In this document: positions 63,178-64,000 of the stretch, piece by piece | Position numbering within the stretch: the first letter of the stretch is position 1 | Layout: each line of letters begins with the position of its first letter | Origin: Podarcis melisellensis | Taxonomy: Eukaryota | Assembly (NCBI GenBank): GCA_964234715.1 | Contig: OZ174280.1 | Strand: one strand, 5' to 3' | DNA length: 64,000 bases | Notes under the pieces: model-generated | The model's input: the letters and a program-made list of their open reading frames with translations, nothing else | Database searches by the model: none | Told to the model about the DNA's origin: nothing | Program-made: the position numbers and the translations under genes

Positions 63178-64000
63178 CTACATTGTTGAGAAAGGAAGTG
63201 GGAGGGATAATGAGGAAGAAAAAGCAAGGGATTAACACACCTGCTATTATTTGGAAGAAACACGTACCTACAAACAATAGTAAAAGGAATTTGATGCTGC
63301 ACAAAGCTGCTTCAATGGTCTCTTTCTTTGGAGTAGCTCCTTTATTCCCCCCCAAATTCTGACCCAATTCCACATTCTAAAACGGCTCACTGGCTTGGGG
63401 TGTACAAAGGAGGGCAGCCAAACACTGGCTCTGAGTTTGCAAGTGACCACAGGTCAGGGAGACTGTTCAAGGGACTCGCCTCATTCTTCCCTCCCTCAGC
63501 CGGGTGCAATACAGGTCAGAAAGAGCAAGAGATGAAGGGAGCAACATCATGGACTAAGATGGGAGAGGGAAGAAAAGGCAACAGCAGAGGAGGAGAGGCT
63601 GTGCCATCCAACCATATAGAGGTTTTGCATGCAAATCAGAATGCAGAGGGGGGCGGAGTAGCACCTCAGACCATGCCCCCATTCTTAACCATTCACTGGC
63701 CTCAAAATGCTCGTCCTAGGCAGATGCTCATCCATATGTAGGGCAAGCACATGGAGGATGCAGAGGGGCTATGCCTCCTAGCACTGCCCCAGACATCATG
63801 CTATCCTTGATTCTTAAAGCCCATGCATTGAGCACAGACACCTGCAGAAGCTTATGAACAAAGAGTTGTATGTGCCTTGCCTTCGCTTGGCAAGGAAAGC
63901 TTAGTGCATGGTCTCTGAGGAGTGGGGACAGTATAGCGTTAAAAGCAGGAGGTTACAGCCCCACTTCATCCTCTAGATATTTGCCCTTCATTCACCTGCA

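Overview
Vertebrate nuclear DNA from a squamate, most likely a lacertid lizard (inferred from Sauria SINE, Squam3-like SINEs, BovB, L2/CR1 and abundant hAT/Tc1-mariner MITEs). Three spliced genes lie head-to-tail on the minus strand in the order known from human 6p21.31. SCUBE3 is represented by its last two coding exons plus a ~2.7-kb 3'UTR. ZNF76 is complete (13 coding exons, ~555 aa, seven C2H2 fingers). DEF6 is represented by coding exons 1-8 and runs off the left edge. All called exons were reconstructed with GT-AG boundaries and a continuous reading frame. I see no new protein-coding system: the long ORFs at 44.9-46.6 kb are artefacts of a GC-rich minisatellite. The most unusual object is a 2.1-kb non-autonomous Tc1/mariner-type element inserted into the TA at positions +2/+3 of the splice donor of ZNF76's last intron. 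It carries a 24-unit ~60-bp hairpin minisatellite whose two main unit types are the same stem-loop in opposite orientations. Secondary leads are MITE-borne ZNF143/ZNF76-type motifs, a 22-bp duplication that puts an upstream ATG in frame with DEF6, upstream ATGs and twin in-frame acceptors in ZNF76, and a 3'-truncated BovB copy. Gene and repeat-family names and human comparisons are from recall, not database searches.
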